A DNA stretch of 64,000 bases from Candidatus Omnitrophota bacterium (GCA_963805065.1 CAWDSS010000010.1:211696-275695); one strand, 5' to 3'; shown: positions 1-9,173, numbered from the stretch's first letter. The notes: generated from the letters alone by a model not told the origin. Program-made: numbers and translations.

Positions 1-877
1 ACCATGGATAACAACTCAATGGTTTCCTGGCTGGAAATGATGCGCGCGCTTTTTAAAATCCCCAGGCTTCTGTTTATCCTGTCTTCCAGGAGCGGTTTAT
101 TTTTAGAAACCAACATCTCCCTTGCCTGATTTTCCTGCTCGATAATCTGCCTGATCAGGCCTCGATATTTTCGATTATTTCGTATTCGCCATGGCCCATG
201 GAAACCTGGTTGGAAATCTGAAAGAAATTGCCTGTTGCCTGTGTGCCTTCTCCGTAAAGTCCGCGAGTGGTAAAACTTAATTTTGCGATTGCAGCTAAGA
301 CACGGTCGATAGCGCGCGTCATAACCAATGCCGGCAAATGCAGCATCACCGAACCGCGCATCCCCGTCCCGGCATTAGTAGGACAGGCGGTTAAATAACC
401 CCAATCAGGTAAAAATGCAAAAGGCAGTTCCTTACTTAAGGAATCGTCTATCTTATTAATGATATTCCAGGCTTCAAAAAGATTAAAACCCGACTGCATA
501 ACCTGCATGCGCAGATGGTCTTCCTCGTTAATCATAATTGCCACAATCTCATCATCGTCAATGGCAACTGCCCTGTGGTCTGCTTTCTGACTATGCTCCA
601 AAGACATGAGGTGCCTTTCCACCAAAAATTGTTTATCCACGTTATCCACATCCGCCAGCTTAAAAATTGTTGTCTTCTTCAGATAGTCGTCCTTGGATAT
701 GGCGCCTTCTATCGCGGCTAAGACATCCTCTCCCTGTTTTTTATTCGCCCAATGGGGAAAGGAAAGTTTCTCCAGATTCCTGGCTAACCTGATGCGGCTG
801 GAAATAACTATATCTGCATTAGGGCCTGTGCCTTTGAGCCACTCGCTGGTATGATTTAAAAGATCGTTAAGCTGCAT
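1..877 (-). pseudogene. mcsB: protein arginine kinase McsB with the reading frame broken near 155-158; the C-terminal part continues in a second frame to the window edge
   Basis: ORF 155..877 has guanido-kinase motifs (RIRLARNL, NEEDHLR, CPTNAGTGMR). Hand translation of the reverse strand of 1..158 in the neighbouring frame gives LIRQIIEQENQAREMLVSKNKPLLEDRINRSLGILKSARIISSQETIELLSM, the expected McsB C-terminus. It lies directly downstream of mcsA. Confidence 0.75.
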
Positions 878-893
878 ACTACTCCTTTTAGGT

Positions 894-1391
894 TTACTCT
901 GACTTTTTTTCCAGTTCTTTTATCTGGTCGCGGATTCTTGCTGCCTCTTCAAAAGCTTCCATCTCGATTGCTTTCTGAAGGCGGGTACGCAATTCCTGTA
1001 AATCCCCTTTCTTTCTAGGGGCCTTAGCAGACCTAAGCGGAGATTTTCCCGTATGCTGGTTTGAACCGTGAATTCTCTTTAAAAGCGGACCCAGGTATTT
1101 TTTAAAGGAAATATAACATTCTCCGCATCCGAGCCTGCCTATCTTTTTAAAATCTGCGTAAGTCAAACCGCAGTTTGCGCATTTAACTGCTACAGTCTCT
1201 GATTCTTTGCTGGCCGGCTTTTCGAATTCCGCTAACCCAGCCAAAAGATCGCTTAAGCCAAATTGCTGCTCCATCTGTTCGCTTTTTTGGCGGGCACACT
1301 CTTCGCACAAATGCAATTCATTCATCTGATTATCAATTATCTCAGTCAAATGAACTGTCGCGGGATTCTTACCACATACGTTACACAGCAT
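894..1391 (-). CDS. mcsA: McsA, zinc-finger and UVR-domain activator of protein arginine kinase
   Basis: Paired CxxC motifs (CNVCG, CEEC, CANCG, CGEC) and a C-terminal UVR-like helix (AIEMEAFEEAARIRDQIKELE). Adjacent to mcsB. Confidence 0.8.
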   Translation of the reverse strand: MLCNVCGKNPATVHLTEIIDNQMNELHLCEECARQKSEQMEQQFGLSDLLAGLAEFEKPASKESETVAVKCANCGLTYADFKKIGRLGCGECYISFKKYLGPLLKRIHGSNQHTGKSPLRSAKAPRKKGDLQELRTRLQKAIEMEAFEEAARIRDQIKELEKKSE

Positions 1392-1393
1392 AA

Positions 1394-2263
1394 TTAATAT
1401 TTCACTCCTTCTTTTTTCGTGAGCTCCTTAAACTTCTTCATCAGACTAAGAGTGAGTTTCCCCGGCTTTCCATTACCGATACTCCTGCCATCCACCGTTA
1501 CAACCGGCACGATTTCCGCAGCTGTCCCGGTAAGGAAGCATTCATCAGAAATATATACTTCGTGCCTGGTAATCACATGTTCATGCACAGCCACTTTTAA
1601 TTTGCGCGCGATTTCTAAAACCGCATCGCGGGTTATGCCCCTTAAAGTGCCCATGCATTGAGGCGGGGTATACAGGTGCCCTGCCTTTACAATAAAAAGA
1701 TTATCCCCGGTACATTCAGCAACATAGCCTAGCGAATCCAGCATAATCGCTTCGTCACAACCGGCATTCACTGCCTCAATCTTGGCTAAAATATTATTCA
1801 GGTAGTTAAGCGATTTGATCTGGGGATTCAACGCTTCCGGCAAATTCCTCACCGTTGGCACTGTAACAATCTTTAAACCCTCTTTGTAAAACTTTTCAGG
1901 ATACAAAACTATTTTATCGGTGATGATTATGACAGTAGCATTGCCTTTGCATTTACGCGGGTCAAGCCCGAGGTCTCCTTCTCCCCGTGTAACCACAAGC
2001 CTTATATAAGCATCCTCAAGATTATTCGCCTTCAAGGTAGAGACCACTGCTTTAATCAATTGCTCTTTTGTCAGGGGGATAGCAAGCATTATGCTTTTTG
2101 CTGACTCAAATAACCTGTCGATATGCTCGTTTAATTTGAAAACCAGGCGGTTATAAGAACGGATACCTTCAAACACACCATCCCCGTAAAGAAGCCCGTG
2201 GTCAAATACGGAAATCTTTGCTTCGCTCTTCTCGTAGAATTTCCCGTTTATATATATTTTCAT
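1394..2263 (-). CDS. ilvE: branched-chain amino acid aminotransferase (class IV PLP aminotransferase)
   Basis: N-terminal FDHGLLYGDGVFEGIR and overall class IV fold pattern; 289 aa. Confidence 0.8.
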   Translation of the reverse strand: MKIYINGKFYEKSEAKISVFDHGLLYGDGVFEGIRSYNRLVFKLNEHIDRLFESAKSIMLAIPLTKEQLIKAVVSTLKANNLEDAYIRLVVTRGEGDLGLDPRKCKGNATVIIITDKIVLYPEKFYKEGLKIVTVPTVRNLPEALNPQIKSLNYLNNILAKIEAVNAGCDEAIMLDSLGYVAECTGDNLFIVKAGHLYTPPQCMGTLRGITRDAVLEIARKLKVAVHEHVITRHEVYISDECFLTGTAAEIVPVVTVDGRSIGNGKPGKLTLSLMKKFKELTKKEGVKY

Positions 2264-2335
2264 ATTCTAAGCCTCCCCGTTAGTTATAATTATATATAGG
2301 ATAACTCCTTACTTTTTCCTTTTTGCTTTTTACTT

Positions 2336-3010
2336 TTAACTTTCTAAGACTCCGTCTATTAAATGATAAACTTTATCAGCAGTTTTTGCCAGCTCTACGT
2401 TATGCGTAACTAAGACGACTGTCATTCCATTTTGCGAATTTATTTTTTTAATCAGGGAGATTATTTCATCCCCTGTTTTAGAATCGAGGTTACCAGTAGG
2501 CTCATCGCATAAAAGCATTGCCGGGTTATTTATCAGGCCTCTTGCAATAGCGACCCTCTGTTTTTCTCCGCCTGATAATTCGCTGGGAAAATGGGTCATT
2601 CTCTCACTCAAGCCTACCTGTTTTAGTAAACCCATTGCTCTTGCTTTAGGTTCTAGGTTCTCGGTTCTGGGTTCTAGGCTTATTAATGCCGGCATAAGCA
2701 CGTTTTCCAGGACATTAAACTCCGATAGTAAATGATAAAACTGAAATACAAAGCCTATTTGCGTATTCCTTATCTTAGAAATCTCATTATCAGGCAAGGC
2801 ATAAATATCCTGTTTTTCAAAAAACACATTTCCTTCTGTTGGGCTATCCAGGCCGCCCAAAATATGCAGTAGCGTAGACTTGCCTGCACCCGAAGGCCCG
2901 GCAATTACCGCAAATTCGCCTTTTTTTATTTCAAGATCCACGCCTTTTAATACGCGCAGCTCTTTCTTACCGTTGTTATAAACCTTGTGGATGTTTTTAG
3001 CTTGCAACAT
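2336..3010 (-). CDS. lolD: lipoprotein-releasing ABC transporter ATP-binding protein LolD
   Basis: Walker A GPSGAGKST, signature LSGGEKQRVAIARGL, Walker B LLCDEPTGNLD. Paired with a LolC/E-like permease. Start placed at the internal Met (MLQAKNIHKVY). Confidence 0.75.
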   Translation of the reverse strand: MLQAKNIHKVYNNGKKELRVLKGVDLEIKKGEFAVIAGPSGAGKSTLLHILGGLDSPTEGNVFFEKQDIYALPDNEISKIRNTQIGFVFQFYHLLSEFNVLENVLMPALISLEPRTENLEPKARAMGLLKQVGLSERMTHFPSELSGGEKQRVAIARGLINNPAMLLCDEPTGNLDSKTGDEIISLIKKINSQNGMTVVLVTHNVELAKTADKVYHLIDGVLES

Positions 3011-3124
3011 ATAAAACTCAAATCTCAAAACGCAAATCTCAAAACCAAAACTTAAAACGCAAAAGTTTTAAAAGTTTTGAGTTTTGCGTTGCAGTTTTGA
3101 CTTTTGCCTTTTGACTTTTTACTT

Positions 3125-4315
3125 TTACTCGTACCTAAGTGCATCTACCGGTTTTAATTGACTTGCCTTATTAGCAGGATAAAGCGTTGAAATCAAGACT
3201 ATTGCCATGGCGGAAAGAACAATCAAAGTTATATCCGGCCAAAGCTGCAGAGAAACCGGTAGCTTATCAATATAATAAATATCCTGAGGCAATTTTATAA
3301 ACTGGTATTTTTTAAGCAACAGGCATAAAATTATGCCGGTTAAAGCTCCCAGGAAAGTGCCCAATATACCGATAATCAGGCCTTCGTAAGTAAAGATTTT
3401 TCTTATACCTGATGAATTCATGCCCGTGGCTTTTAATACGCCTATATCCTTGGTCTTTTCAACTACCATCACGATTAGGGTGCTGATGATATTAAAAGAT
3501 GCGACCAGTATGATTAAGGTTAGGATAATAAACATGGTAATCTTTTCCAGCTTGAGTGCCGCAAAAAAATTCTGGTTAGCCTCTGTCCAGGTTTTTAAAT
3601 TGTATTTATAACCCAAAGCGGAGGATAATTCCTCTTTAACTTTATCAGCCAGGTAAAGATTATCCAGTTTTATGGCAATAGCGCTAACCTGGTCAGGTAA
3701 CCCTAAGATATCCTGTGCCGGCTTTAAATTGCTAAATATAAGATTCAAATCGTACTCATACATTCCCGAAGCAAAAATCCCTGCTACCCTTAACTTATAG
3801 AGCTTACCTAAAGGCGAAATAATTGAAAAATATGAACCGGGCCCCAAACCGAAATTCAAAGCCAATTCTTTTCCGACTATCACCCCATCCTGGCCTAAAT
3901 TATTAATCTCTCCGGAAACAATGTATTGTTTTATTTTGGTTACCTGGGATTCTGTGTCCGGATTAATCCCTTTTAAGCCCACGGCAAAATAACGGTTGGC
4001 CTCTTTAATCAAAACCTGTCCTTGTACATAGGGGCTTATACCTTTTACGTGAGGATTAAGCGCGATTTTTTTTAAAATACCTTCTGACTCCCTATCATTT
4101 ATAGCCTTGAATCCGGATAAGGTTATATTAGAGTAATTGCCTACGATTTTTTCCCGCAGATCCTGGTCAAACCCTGTCATTACTGCGATGACTATTATCA
4201 GGGCTGCCACGCCTATTGCTATACCCAAGACTGAAATCACGCTGATTAAAGAAATGAATTTCTCTTTTCTTTTGGTAACCAAGTAACGCCAACTTATAAA
4301 TAGCTCTGTTTTCAT
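3125..4315 (-). CDS. lolC: lipoprotein-releasing system permease, LolC/LolE (FtsX/MacB-type)
   Basis: 396 aa with an N-terminal TM segment, a large periplasmic domain and a C-terminal FtsX-like 3-TM bundle. Ends with the typical ...PANKASQLKPVDALRYE. Confidence 0.75.
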   Translation of the reverse strand: MKTELFISWRYLVTKRKEKFISLISVISVLGIAIGVAALIIVIAVMTGFDQDLREKIVGNYSNITLSGFKAINDRESEGILKKIALNPHVKGISPYVQGQVLIKEANRYFAVGLKGINPDTESQVTKIKQYIVSGEINNLGQDGVIVGKELALNFGLGPGSYFSIISPLGKLYKLRVAGIFASGMYEYDLNLIFSNLKPAQDILGLPDQVSAIAIKLDNLYLADKVKEELSSALGYKYNLKTWTEANQNFFAALKLEKITMFIILTLIILVASFNIISTLIVMVVEKTKDIGVLKATGMNSSGIRKIFTYEGLIIGILGTFLGALTGIILCLLLKKYQFIKLPQDIYYIDKLPVSLQLWPDITLIVLSAMAIVLISTLYPANKASQLKPVDALRYE

Positions 4316-4319
4316 AATA

Positions 4320-4380
4320 AATGGGGACGTTTCTATTTTTCCATTGCCATGGAGACGTTAAAAATAGAAACGTCCCCATT
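4320..4380 (-). terminator. perfect 21-bp stem hairpin between lysS and lolC (terminator or processing element)
   Basis: AATGGGGACGTTTCTATTTTT (4320-4340) is the exact reverse complement of 4360-4380. It lies 17 nt after the lysS stop and 4 nt before the lolC ATG. Confidence 0.5.
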
Positions 4381-4397
4381 TATTTTAACATTTGTCA

Positions 4398-5843
4398 TTA
4401 CACAACCTCAGGCCGTAATAATGGAAATAGAATCACATCTCTTATCGAAGGCTGGTCCGTAAGTAACATCACTAATCTATCTATGCCTATGCCAAGGCCT
4501 CCTGCATTAGGCATACCGTGCTCCAATGCCAGGCAATAATCTTCATCAACGTTCTTTTGCTCGTCAGCATCCAGCTCCTTAATCTCCTCTTCGAATCGTT
4601 TTCTCTGTTCAATGGGATTATTTAACTCTGAATATGCATTACCTATTTCCATTCCTGCCATATACAATTCAAACCTTTCAGAGATTAATGGATTCTCCTG
4701 TCTTGTTTTTGCCAAAGGGCACAGATACGTAAAGTAATCAGTAACCAATGTGGGATTTACGCTCATATCCTCTTCTAATATTTCCTCAATTATCTTATTA
4801 ATCTGCGAGCGGGTAAGGCGATCCTTATCCTTAGCAAATCCTTTTGCCTTTAGTTTCTTTAACATTGCCGGCACTTCATCCGATGGCTCAATATTGAATT
4901 TTTCCTTAACCATAGTGGCAAAAGATTTTTGCTGCCAGGGAGGAGTTAAATCAATAAGCTTTCCCTGATAGGTAATTTGCTCTTTACCCAGGACTTCTTT
5001 TGCTACAGAAACAATCAAATCCTGAGAGAGCTTCATCATATCTTCATAATTTGCATAAGCCTGATAAACTTCCAGCATGGTAAATTCCGGGTTATGCCGC
5101 GTAGACACCCCTTCATTCCTGAAACTGCGGTTTATTTCATATACCCTGTCTAAACCTCCTACTAAAAGGCGTTTCAAATACAGTTCGGGCGCAATCCTCA
5201 AGAATAAATCTATGTCATATTCGTTGTGGTGCGTCTTAAAAGGCCGCCCAGCTGCGCCTCCTGCAATAGAATGCATCATGGGAGTCTCAACTTCCAAGAA
5301 ACCTCTCTCTTCGAGGAAATTTCTTATTGCCTTAATGATTTTTGAGCGTATAACAAAGACTTTTCTTACTTCCTCATTGGCAATTAAGTCTAAGTAGCGC
5401 TGGCGGTAACGTATTTCCACGTCTTTTAAGCCATGCCATTTTTCCGGTAAGGGCCTTAATGCTTTGGCAAGCACTGTGAATTCTTCAACTTTAACCGTCG
5501 GTTCGCCTGTATGCGTCTTAAATAATTCGCCTTTAACCGCAATAATATCGGCTATATCCATATCTCTAAGTGTATCAAATTTATCCTGGCCCAGGTAATC
5601 TGCCTTGGCATAAAGCTGAATCCTGGCAGTAACATCCCTTAAATCCAGGAATTCCACTTTACCATGCGTGCGCTTGGCAGTAATCCTTCCGCAAAGGCTG
5701 ACTTTCTGGCCTTCCTGAAAGCTATTTACAACCTCTCCTATAGCCTCACAAGAAGCAGGAATACTGGGGAAAACAGGTATGCCTTTTGCTTTAAGAGACT
5801 CTAATTTAGCCCTTCTTTGCTGGATAATTTCATTGAGTTCCAT
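4398..5843 (-). CDS. lysS: lysyl-tRNA synthetase, class II
   Basis: 481 aa with an OB-fold N-terminal domain and class II core motifs (FLEVETPMM, YEINRSFRNEG, GLGIGIDRLVMLL). Confidence 0.9.
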   Translation of the reverse strand: MELNEIIQQRRAKLESLKAKGIPVFPSIPASCEAIGEVVNSFQEGQKVSLCGRITAKRTHGKVEFLDLRDVTARIQLYAKADYLGQDKFDTLRDMDIADIIAVKGELFKTHTGEPTVKVEEFTVLAKALRPLPEKWHGLKDVEIRYRQRYLDLIANEEVRKVFVIRSKIIKAIRNFLEERGFLEVETPMMHSIAGGAAGRPFKTHHNEYDIDLFLRIAPELYLKRLLVGGLDRVYEINRSFRNEGVSTRHNPEFTMLEVYQAYANYEDMMKLSQDLIVSVAKEVLGKEQITYQGKLIDLTPPWQQKSFATMVKEKFNIEPSDEVPAMLKKLKAKGFAKDKDRLTRSQINKIIEEILEEDMSVNPTLVTDYFTYLCPLAKTRQENPLISERFELYMAGMEIGNAYSELNNPIEQRKRFEEEIKELDADEQKNVDEDYCLALEHGMPNAGGLGIGIDRLVMLLTDQPSIRDVILFPLLRPEVV

Positions 5844-5852
5844 AGATTAATA

Positions 5853-5881
5853 ATTATATAGGAGAATTGAGGTTGTGTCAA
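5853..5881 (-). promoter_or_regulatory. consensus sigma70-type promoter of lysS with almost no leader
   Basis: Reverse strand reads TTGACA-17 nt-TATAAT, then 9 nt (tattaatct), then ATG. No SD is possible in the 9 nt. Confidence 0.5.
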
Positions 5882-5937
5882 TTAAATTAGGAAAAAACAG
5901 AGGCAGGACAAAGGTTATATGTGTATCTATAGGGGTT

Positions 5938-6387
5938 TTATTGGTATGTTTTAATCTTCTTTAGGATTTTAATATCTTCTTTATCAATCAATCTGGCAGT
6001 GGCCTTCTTTGAGCTTATAAGGTCATCCAGAGAAATGACATTTATCTTAACTCCTTTAAGAGACTTTACCTGCCTTTTTCGCCACGCGTTGTCAAAAACA
6101 AGCCCTTTAACCTTGGTTAAAATATCCAATCTTATAACATCTCCAAAAATAGTAATTTCATTTGCAATTATTTTATCAGGCGTGGTTAAGTATGCCGTGC
6201 CAAACTTTGCCTCTTTCAATGCGGCCAACAATCTCTTGGCATTCTGGGTAGTTGCCCTGATAACAATATCCAAATCTTTTGTGGCCCTGGGAGAGCCGTA
6301 AATCCCACAAGCTATGCCTCCGATAATTAAATATTCTACCTTATTTCTTTTTAATGACCTGAACAGTGCTAAATGCCTTTCTATCAT
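5938..6387 (-). CDS. minimal nucleotidyltransferase-fold protein (possible toxin-antitoxin component)
   Basis: YLIIGGIACGIYGSPRATKDLDIVI resembles the G-x-[GS]...D-x-D pattern of minimal NTases; 149 aa. Confidence 0.45.
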   Translation of the reverse strand: MIERHLALFRSLKRNKVEYLIIGGIACGIYGSPRATKDLDIVIRATTQNAKRLLAALKEAKFGTAYLTTPDKIIANEITIFGDVIRLDILTKVKGLVFDNAWRKRQVKSLKGVKINVISLDDLISSKKATARLIDKEDIKILKKIKTYQ

Positions 6388-6547
6388 CCTGGTATCCTTT
6401 ATTTTTCCCGCCTAACCCCATAAGTTCGCTGAAAATCAAATTTTGGGCATATCTTTCTGACAACGGCAAGGAAAGCATATAGCGAATCTTCTCCCCTAAT
6501 GTTTCGTATCGAAACCCCTGCATTAATCTTTTATTCTTCTTTATCAT
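6341..6547 (-). CDS. small hypothetical protein, upstream partner of the NTase-like gene
   Basis: 68-aa ORF overlapping the next gene by 47 nt. It has its own consensus promoter. No recognisable domain. Confidence 0.3.
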   Translation of the reverse strand: MIKKNKRLMQGFRYETLGEKIRYMLSLPLSERYAQNLIFSELMGLGGKNKGYQDDRKAFSTVQVIKKK

Positions 6548-6557
6548 AATTATTAAA

Positions 6558-6586
6558 ATTATATCGTATAATTGAGGTTATGTCAA
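6558..6586 (-). promoter_or_regulatory. second copy of the consensus promoter, driving the 2-gene cassette
   Basis: Reverse strand reads TTGACA-17-TATAAT, then 10 nt, then ATG. It shares TTGACAYAACCTCAATT with the lysS promoter. Confidence 0.45.
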
Positions 6587-6726
6587 TGATTGGATTACTT
6601 CTACCATTGATACTGAACAAAGCGAGGTATCAATTAAATTAGGCAGAAATTCCGCTTAAAACGAGAGGCAATTTTTGAGGTATTTAGGGTAATATATCTT
6701 AAGGAAAATGGTTACAGAAAACAGTT

Positions 6727-7842
6727 TTAGTTTTTAGGATGCCACATTGACCAACTTTCAACTAATACGGAAGTTTCGGCAGCACAAATATGATTTTGCG
6801 TTTCTCCAGCACAAACCTCCTTCAAAAATGGGTTAGAATAGCCAGAACGAGGCCAGGATGTAATACTCAAAATCCAAGCGCAAGCTCCTGTAGCAACAGC
6901 TGGGGATTTAGCAATATGCAATGGACAAGGTATCCAAAATGCTGAACCTGAACCTGGACCTGAACATGGAATAATATAAAGAGAGCAGGTGCCATTTAAA
7001 TTATGAACTACATTCCAATCACCCGTAATGAATTCTGGGGCGGTTGAGGGACAGCTAATAGCATCATAAGGAGCTGGTTGTTCTGTACAACTCGCATAGT
7101 CTGGGTTTGGAGGAGACGGCGTCATCGCGCCATTGTAACAGTAAATTGAATAACTACTGGCTGCGCAAGTCGTACAACCAGGAGCATTGCAACCAGGGTA
7201 TTGAACTCCATTCCCACATACTGAAGCCCAAGGTATATTACTGCGGGAATAAACTGCTACTGTACTTCCCAATCCACTCATTACTCTTCCATCGGGCAAT
7301 GTGCAATTAGTAAAACACTGCCCACTACCGCTACATACCTGATTGCCTCCGCAGCCTGGGCAGGTTATTGTTCCGCCACAACCATCAGAATAAGGCCCGC
7401 CGCAGTTTTTACCAAGGCTTGCGCAGGTCGCAGGAGTACAGCCCCCGCCGCATGCTCCACCGCAGACAGCAGTTTGCCCACCACAACCATCAGAATAAGG
7501 CCCGCCGCAGTTTTTACCAAGGCTTACGCAAGTTGCCGGAGTACATCCTCCGCCACATGCAGAAACTGTAATATCTGACGGATGATTATTGAAAAAAGCA
7601 TTCCATTCTCCCGTAGACAAAATGGGTATAAAATAGGTATTAGGGCCACTATTGACTATACTCCAGCATGAAGGAGATGTATATGGAGCGCTTATCGTCC
7701 AATTGCCAGGAGTACATTCCCATCCTTCTCCGTTGTCTACGCTGGTACACTGGGCGTAAACATAGGATACCGGGAAAATAATAATAACGACTAGCATGAA
7801 TAAATTTAGGGAATAAAAAGGCAGCTTTCTGTTTGACTCCAT
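6727..7842 (-). CDS. secreted cysteine-rich repeat protein, unknown function
   Basis: N-terminal hydrophobic signal (LFMLVVIIIFPVSYVYA). Very high Cys content. Internal tandem repeat GGGCTPATC[VA]SLGKNCGGPYSDGCGG, with DNA copies near 7375 and 7482. Confidence 0.6.
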   Translation of the reverse strand: MESNRKLPFYSLNLFMLVVIIIFPVSYVYAQCTSVDNGEGWECTPGNWTISAPYTSPSCWSIVNSGPNTYFIPILSTGEWNAFFNNHPSDITVSACGGGCTPATCVSLGKNCGGPYSDGCGGQTAVCGGACGGGCTPATCASLGKNCGGPYSDGCGGTITCPGCGGNQVCSGSGQCFTNCTLPDGRVMSGLGSTVAVYSRSNIPWASVCGNGVQYPGCNAPGCTTCAASSYSIYCYNGAMTPSPPNPDYASCTEQPAPYDAISCPSTAPEFITGDWNVVHNLNGTCSLYIIPCSGPGSGSAFWIPCPLHIAKSPAVATGACAWILSITSWPRSGYSNPFLKEVCAGETQNHICAAETSVLVESWSMWHPKN

Positions 7843-7870
7843 AGGGTATTTTAGGATATTTTAGAAAAGG

Positions 7871-9157
7871 CTATTTTGCCTTTTCTAATTCCTCTATTCT
7901 TTTCTCTAACTTTTCAATCTGTTTCTGCTGTTGTTTGACTGCCTCAACCAAAGGCGCTATGAGGTTGCCGTATTTAACTGACTTTAGCCCTGTGTTTTTA
8001 TTTGTGACTACCAATTCGGGAAAAACTTTTTCTACTTCCTGGGCTGTTAGCCCGAGCTCTACCTCATTGTTTTTTCTCCATCTAAAATTAACGCCGTGCA
8101 GCTTAGTAACTTTATTAAGCGCATCGGGGATATCCCTGACATCTTTCTTTAAACTTGCGTCTGAATTATAAATAAAAGCATCGGCATACACGTATCCATC
8201 AAAATGGCCGTGTCCTTGAACATCCAAGGTATATGCCGGACTTGTTGTCCCAATACCGACATTGCCTGGTTGTGTTATAGTTAATAGTTTGTTTGACCAT
8301 AATTGACTTGTAATGTAAAAATTACTAGGGCCAAGATCATTTCCAACTCCTACAACAAATGACTGAAGTGGATCATTATTAATTCTGTATACAGTATTAG
8401 CACGACCACCAGTAGCAATCAAGTAATGTCCTGCCTGAGGGCCAACAGTACTAAAATCCGAACAATGAGTAAAAGGTGGACAAGTCCCAAGGATAGTTAA
8501 CGCTTCTGGTTGTATCATCCCAACTGTCCATGTCGGTGGCGTCCCCATTCCCATGCTAATATTGCTATTGGCATAATCTATTGTCATTAGCGGAGTTGTA
8601 CTATTATTTCCAGCACTTGTACTTGGTCCTCTAAAATAATGTTTACCAGAATCATAGTATATTGTATTTACAATCGAGCTTCCATTACCATCTTTGCCGT
8701 TTTGTCCGTATAATACTACATCTGATGTAACAGCGTCTATGGCTGCTATATCATTAAATGTCGCACTGCCAGTATTGGGATTAATGAGCAACCTTCTATC
8801 AGTTCCCACCTGCAGTAAACCTAGAGGACTAGCCGTTCCAATACCGACTGGATTTTCTACAACTAGAGACGCAGTACCGGGATCAGTCCCACCAGAACAA
8901 GCGCCCGAAGCTGCCCAGCAGACAGTTGAATTATTAACGTAGTTTGGTCCTATTGCTACGCGTACTGACCTTAATTCGTTATAATTTCCGTATGGAGAAG
9001 GATAGTAGGTGGTAATGGTGAGGCTTTCGTTTCCCTGGGCAAAGGCATTAAAGCTCAAAGCGCAAAGCGCAAAGAGCAAGACTGCGGAAATAATAATAAA
9101 GTTTTTAGTTTTGAGTTGCAGTTTTACGTTTTGCATTTTACGTTTTGAGTTTTTCAT
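7871..9157 (-). CDS. secreted tail-fibre-like protein with a C-terminal intramolecular chaperone (peptidase S74-type) domain
   Basis: Signal-like N-terminus. C-terminus SDASLKKDV...LHGVNFRWRK...GLTAQEVEKVFPELV...VKYGNLIAPLVEAVKQQQKQIEKLEKRIEELE matches the auto-processing chaperone domain of phage tail spikes and fibres. Confidence 0.65.
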   Translation of the reverse strand: MKNSKRKMQNVKLQLKTKNFIIISAVLLFALCALSFNAFAQGNESLTITTYYPSPYGNYNELRSVRVAIGPNYVNNSTVCWAASGACSGGTDPGTASLVVENPVGIGTASPLGLLQVGTDRRLLINPNTGSATFNDIAAIDAVTSDVVLYGQNGKDGNGSSIVNTIYYDSGKHYFRGPSTSAGNNSTTPLMTIDYANSNISMGMGTPPTWTVGMIQPEALTILGTCPPFTHCSDFSTVGPQAGHYLIATGGRANTVYRINNDPLQSFVVGVGNDLGPSNFYITSQLWSNKLLTITQPGNVGIGTTSPAYTLDVQGHGHFDGYVYADAFIYNSDASLKKDVRDIPDALNKVTKLHGVNFRWRKNNEVELGLTAQEVEKVFPELVVTNKNTGLKSVKYGNLIAPLVEAVKQQQKQIEKLEKRIEELEKAK

Positions 9158-9173
9158 CGCTTCTCCTTTGCGA

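Noticed and set aside
2645-2685. GGTTCT hexamer run inside lolD, encoding LEPRTENLEPKA, considered as an insertion or slippage tract
   Set aside because: It is in frame, and the segment length is close to the equivalent linker in E. coli LolD. There is no evidence of disruption.
4167-4539. ORFs 4167..4379 (-) and 4321..4539 (+), both starting MGTFLF
   Set aside because: They are artefacts of the perfect palindrome at 4320-4380 and overlap lolC and lysS.
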